54,547 nt of DNA from an uncultured Lentisphaerales bacterium (GTDB taxonomy: Bacteria; Verrucomicrobiota; Lentisphaeria; JABSQK01; UBA12247): assembly GCA_943788985.1 (NCBI GenBank), contig CALSSJ010000016.1, forward strand, positions 1 through 54,547, in the 5' to 3' direction. The position numbers and the translations under genes are program-made. Shown here in pieces: positions 50,501 to 54,547 of this stretch (its first letter is position 1; each line of letters begins with the position of its first letter). A model generated the notes under the pieces. It worked only from the letters and a program-made list of their open reading frames with translations. It was not told the DNA's origin and did not search any database.

Positions 50501-53500
50501 GACAACTTTGATCCCCGTACGGATCTTCTACGGTTGCAGGCTAATCAGTCGCTGAGCTTGGCAGCAGCCAGCGGCATCGTGCTTTACGCCGACAATGGCG
50601 ACGGAATTTTTGATCCATTGGTCGATTCTGAGCTTTACTACACCATTGCCAACGCCTCCAACTGGGACATTGATGGGGATCAGTTTTCGATCACGTTCAA
50701 CCTGGCGACTCCGCAAGCATTGCCGTCCTCCGCTGATGTCAGCGCGGACTTCTTCATTGCGGTGCAGACCTCCAATACTATTGAGTTTCTGGACGATTTC
50801 GTACTATCGATTCCTGAGGGTGGCATTGTGACCTCTTTGGGACCGGTCAATGAGACTGTTACCAGCCACGTGGTGACAGCGAACATTCCCACAGTGTTGC
50901 ACAACTTGGTGACGCCTGGTGATACGCTCAGCGTTGCAAACGGAGGCCTGGTTGCTCTCGCCGGGATTGATGCCTGGGACAGCGGTCGAGCAAATGGTGC
51001 TCTCGATAGCGTACGTCTGCGTATTTCGGGAAATGTGGCCACCACGGACTTCATGCCATTGGATGACCCCACCATGCCAGGTTTCAGCCTGTGGGTCGAC
51101 AATGGCGATGGTGAGTTCAGCCCGCGATACGATCGTCGGGTGACCTTGCGGGATACCCGCTGGCAGACAACCGGTAGCTACGTGCAGATCGAGCTGGTTC
51201 CGGGCGACGCCCTCGCCGACACGCTCGTCGAAGATAACGATGTTGGAGTGATCGACTTCTTTGTGGTGGCTGCAACGAGTCCTACATTCAATCTCTACAA
51301 GACCTTTACGGTGGCAATCAACCCGCTGCTCAATAACGGCGGCGTAACCTACAACGTGAGCCCGAGCAACGAAGAGCTCACGACATTGACCTACGGTGCC
51401 CTGACCGATTCCGACGGCGACGGCATTTCGGACGACTGGGAAACCACGCATTTCGGCGGAACCGGCAACGATGCCTCGACCGACACGGATGGCGATACCC
51501 TGAATGATTACTACGAATACTTGGCTGGGACCGATCCCAACCACTTCGACTCCGACGGCGACGGGATTCATGACGGTGACGAAGACCCAGATCAGGATGG
51601 CCTGACAAACCAGGACGAAGCTGGCTATGCCACACATCCTCTTAGCATCGATACGGATGATGACGGGCTGACCGATGGCGAAGAAGCCACCGGGATTGAC
51701 AACTTTGCTGGAATTACTACACGTTTGGATCCTGCTGCTCAGGTCACTGATCCAACCAATTCACACGATCCGGCACGGGCCCTTGCTGCGAATTTCGGCG
51801 GCAACGCCAATGACTACATGTCCATTCCGGACACGTATAACTATCGCCTGCCACAGTGGACGATTGAGGCCTGGGTGCGTTTGGAGACCCTTCCAGGCGG
51901 AACCCACGCAATTATTCTGGACAAGAGTGTAGGCGGCGAAGTCAATTATCGTGTTGCCGTCGAGACGATTGGTGGCGAGGCCTATCCGTATGCGACGGTG
52001 ACCATGGCTGATGGTGCCCGCCAGTATAAGGTAGGTGGCGATGATACCAATCCAGCTGATCTGGGACGAGACGTACTTGTAAATGGTGGTCAGAGCACGA
52101 TTCCGGTGGGGGAGTGGGTTCACGTTGCGGTCGTCTTCGATCCGACCACAGAGACCTTCAGCTTGTATCTCGATGCCAATCGAGTTGCCTATGTGCGTGA
52201 CATTCTTGATGCTGCCGATGTGGACACCGATTCTTGGCGACAACACATTGACCACGGCAGCCGATCAGGCAATCCGTGCCGGCCAATTTCTGGCCGGTCA
52301 GATTGACGATCTGCGGATCTGGGGCGATGTCCGGAGCGAAGATTTGATTCGCGCCAACTATCAGTTCGACCTAGATCATTCTTACACGTCTTCGATCTAC
52401 GAACTGCCCTTTAAGAATGGCCCGGTTTATCCGGCACCTGGTCGCTCTTCCTCGCTCACGGGCGACGCCGAGCATATTGTGGTTCAGACCTATCGTCCGA
52501 TGGCAGCAGAGCTGTCCGCTTTGGAAGCGGCAGGTGTTTCGGTTGTGAGCGCGGTCAGCAGCAATGCGGTTGTTGCCGTTGCCAATTCCGAGCAATTGGA
52601 CAGCTTGGGATCGGTAGTGCGCTGGGCCGGTCCGGTTGCGGCAACCCACAAAATTGCCAAGACAGTATTCCGCGGTGCGGCCGCGCAACCGGTAGTCGTA
52701 GAGTTCTTCGACGATGTTGCCGAAGCCGACGCAATTGCGGCCTTGGAGGCCGCTGGTGCCGAACGCATTCACAGTGGCTACCTTGGCAGGACGCTCTTGG
52801 TTGCTCGTGCAACCGGTGAGCAGGTCGATTCGTTGGCCGGGGCTGACGAAGTCTCTTGGATCATGCCAGCAGCTGATGCAGTTGTTCGGGATGCCAACAC
52901 GCATATCTGCCTGCATCGCCCAACGATCGATGGCGTGGTTCTGGCCCCATTCTCCGTATTCACGAATGGCTGGGATGGCCCCGGCCTCGGGACCGCAGAT
53001 CTGACCTACTTCTTTGAGAATGGTACACCTGATATGGAAGGCGAGGAGGGCATCTGCTTGACAGCCATGGCGTCCTGGAGTGCAGTCGCATCCATCAACT
53101 GGACGGCTGGAACGGCTGCTGGTGCCAACGATGCCATCGACATTTCCTGGGCATCTGGTGATCACGGCGATGGCTCCGCCTTCGACGGGCCAAGCGGCGT
53201 ACTGGCACATGCATTCTTTCCGAACGACGGCAGTCTTGGCAGCAATCCCGAGCCAATTGCTGGTGACTGTCATTTTGACGAAGCGGAAACGTGGGCCGCA
53301 GACAGCGCAGACGGCATTGTTTTGGAGGCGGTAGCACTGCATGAATTCGGCCATTCGCTGGGTCTTGGCCACAGCGACGAGACGGATGCAGTCATGTACG
53401 CATTTTACGGTCCTGATAGAACAGTTTTGCATGCCGACGATATTAACGGGATTCAGTCGTTGTACGGCGCCGTCGGCGGAACGCCCCCAGACGATCCGGG

Positions 53501-54547
53501 CACGCCAGACGATCCCAACGATCCGGGCGTTCCCGACATTCCCAACACACCGTTTGGCCCTCTGACCGGCCTGATCGGATATTTCAGTTTCAACGATGGT
53601 ACTGCTGGAATCCGCGGATTTGATGGTACTTGGAATGCCGATGCGCTTGTTCTGACGGGTGGCGGCCAAACTTGGTTCGACAGCGGAGCAACTGCTGGCG
53701 AGTACGATGCCAACGATACAGTTCTATCTGCTGCGGCACCTACGGCGGGCACGGCTGGTACCGTTCTCAGCAACGTCCTGTTTGATGATGAAGATGGTAG
53801 CGGCTTCTGGACCAGCGGCGAAGGCGTCTGGATTGACAATGGGACGGTTCGCGGTGCGCTTGATGGTGGCGATACTCTGATTGCTACGGGCGCCACTGTT
53901 GGCGATCTTGGCACCGAAGCCAATCGCGATCCACAAGTTCGTCAGGTTGAAAACTATGGCTTTGGCAGTGGCTGGCTGAATGGCTGGCGTCACGCCGGGA
54001 CGTTGCATGGCCAAGCAGATTTTGTTGAAGTTGGCCCACGCTTCACCATCCTAGTGGATTCTGATGGCGACGGCATGCCCGACGACTGGGAAGTCGCGCA
54101 TGGCCTGAATCCAGATAGCGCCGCAGATGCAACCGGCGATGGTGACCTTGACGGGCTTACCAACCTCTACGAATACTTGGCGGGCACCAACCCCACGGTT
54201 GTCGATACTGATTACGATGGCATGACGGACGATTTAGAAGATTCCGATGCCGACGGCCTGACCAACGCCCAAGAACAGACCCTGGCCCTGCATCCCGGCC
54301 AGTGGGACACAGACGACGATGGTCACGGTGATGGGGCTGAAGTCGCGGCCAACGGCCAAGCTGATAATAGCGCGTTGACCCCAACTGGTTTCTCCTACAA
54401 GGCCATGAGCTTTGATGGTGACGCGGGCAGCTATGTCTCGCTTCCCGATGAAGCACGCTTTGCCATGGAGACCTTTACGATCGAAGGCTGGGTCCGCCCG
54501 AGCTCTACGTGGGTTGACGAAACCCGTGGTGTGATCGCCGAGCGCGC
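41532..54547 (+). CDS. Giant secreted multidomain protein (>4300 aa, 3'-truncated, many indels): Ig-like repeats, BNR propeller, Ca-binding repeats, LamG domains, matrixin-type (M10A) metalloprotease
   Basis: GAGGT RBS and signal peptide. The ORF pieces 41448-42776, 43560-44135, 44886-48053, 47869-48966, 49285-49629, 49523-52306 and an unlisted frame open from ~52224 to the window end read as one acidic D/G/T-rich protein across small indels, with no new signal peptides seen. HEFGHSLGLGH at 53340-53372. Confidence 0.8.

Noticed and set aside
41532..54547. Stop-codon reassignment explaining the broken giant gene
   Set aside because: The breaks are frame changes rather than in-frame stops, and TGA, TAG and TAA all terminate conserved genes normally in this window.

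Overview
A GC-rich bacterial chromosome segment from the PVC superphylum. The evidence is the 51-aa PVC signature small basic protein, which is absent from the ORF track; a Lentisphaeria/Verrucomicrobiota-like organism is my inference. Left to right: a frameshifted Sel1-repeat gene followed by the 3' half of a tRNA-Arg(TCT) (likely att scar of a genomic island), a LamG-sulfatase, a duplicated ~230-bp hairpin element, tsaD, an Ala/Gly:Na+ symporter, lexA, an RHS relic, an exbB-exbD-TonB-like-guaA operon, argS, tRNA-Val(GAC), dinG, sdhCAB, a membrane Ser/Thr kinase with TPR and LRR domains, a probable oriC upstream of dnaN with no adjacent dnaA, dnaN-recF-Upf1-like helicase-eboF-PVC signature protein-recX-rpsT-eboE, an FGE-domain lipoprotein, a prepilin-like gene and a nucleotidyltransferase. 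The window ends in a >13-kb giant secreted-protein gene that is broken by indels and runs off the edge. It carries Ig-like repeats, a recurring module I do not recognise, a BNR propeller, Ca-binding repeats, LamG domains and a complete prodomain + matrix-metalloproteinase module apparently inserted into a LamG domain. No CRISPR array, rRNA, transposase, integrase or reverse transcriptase was seen. All family assignments are from motif recognition by eye, not database searches.
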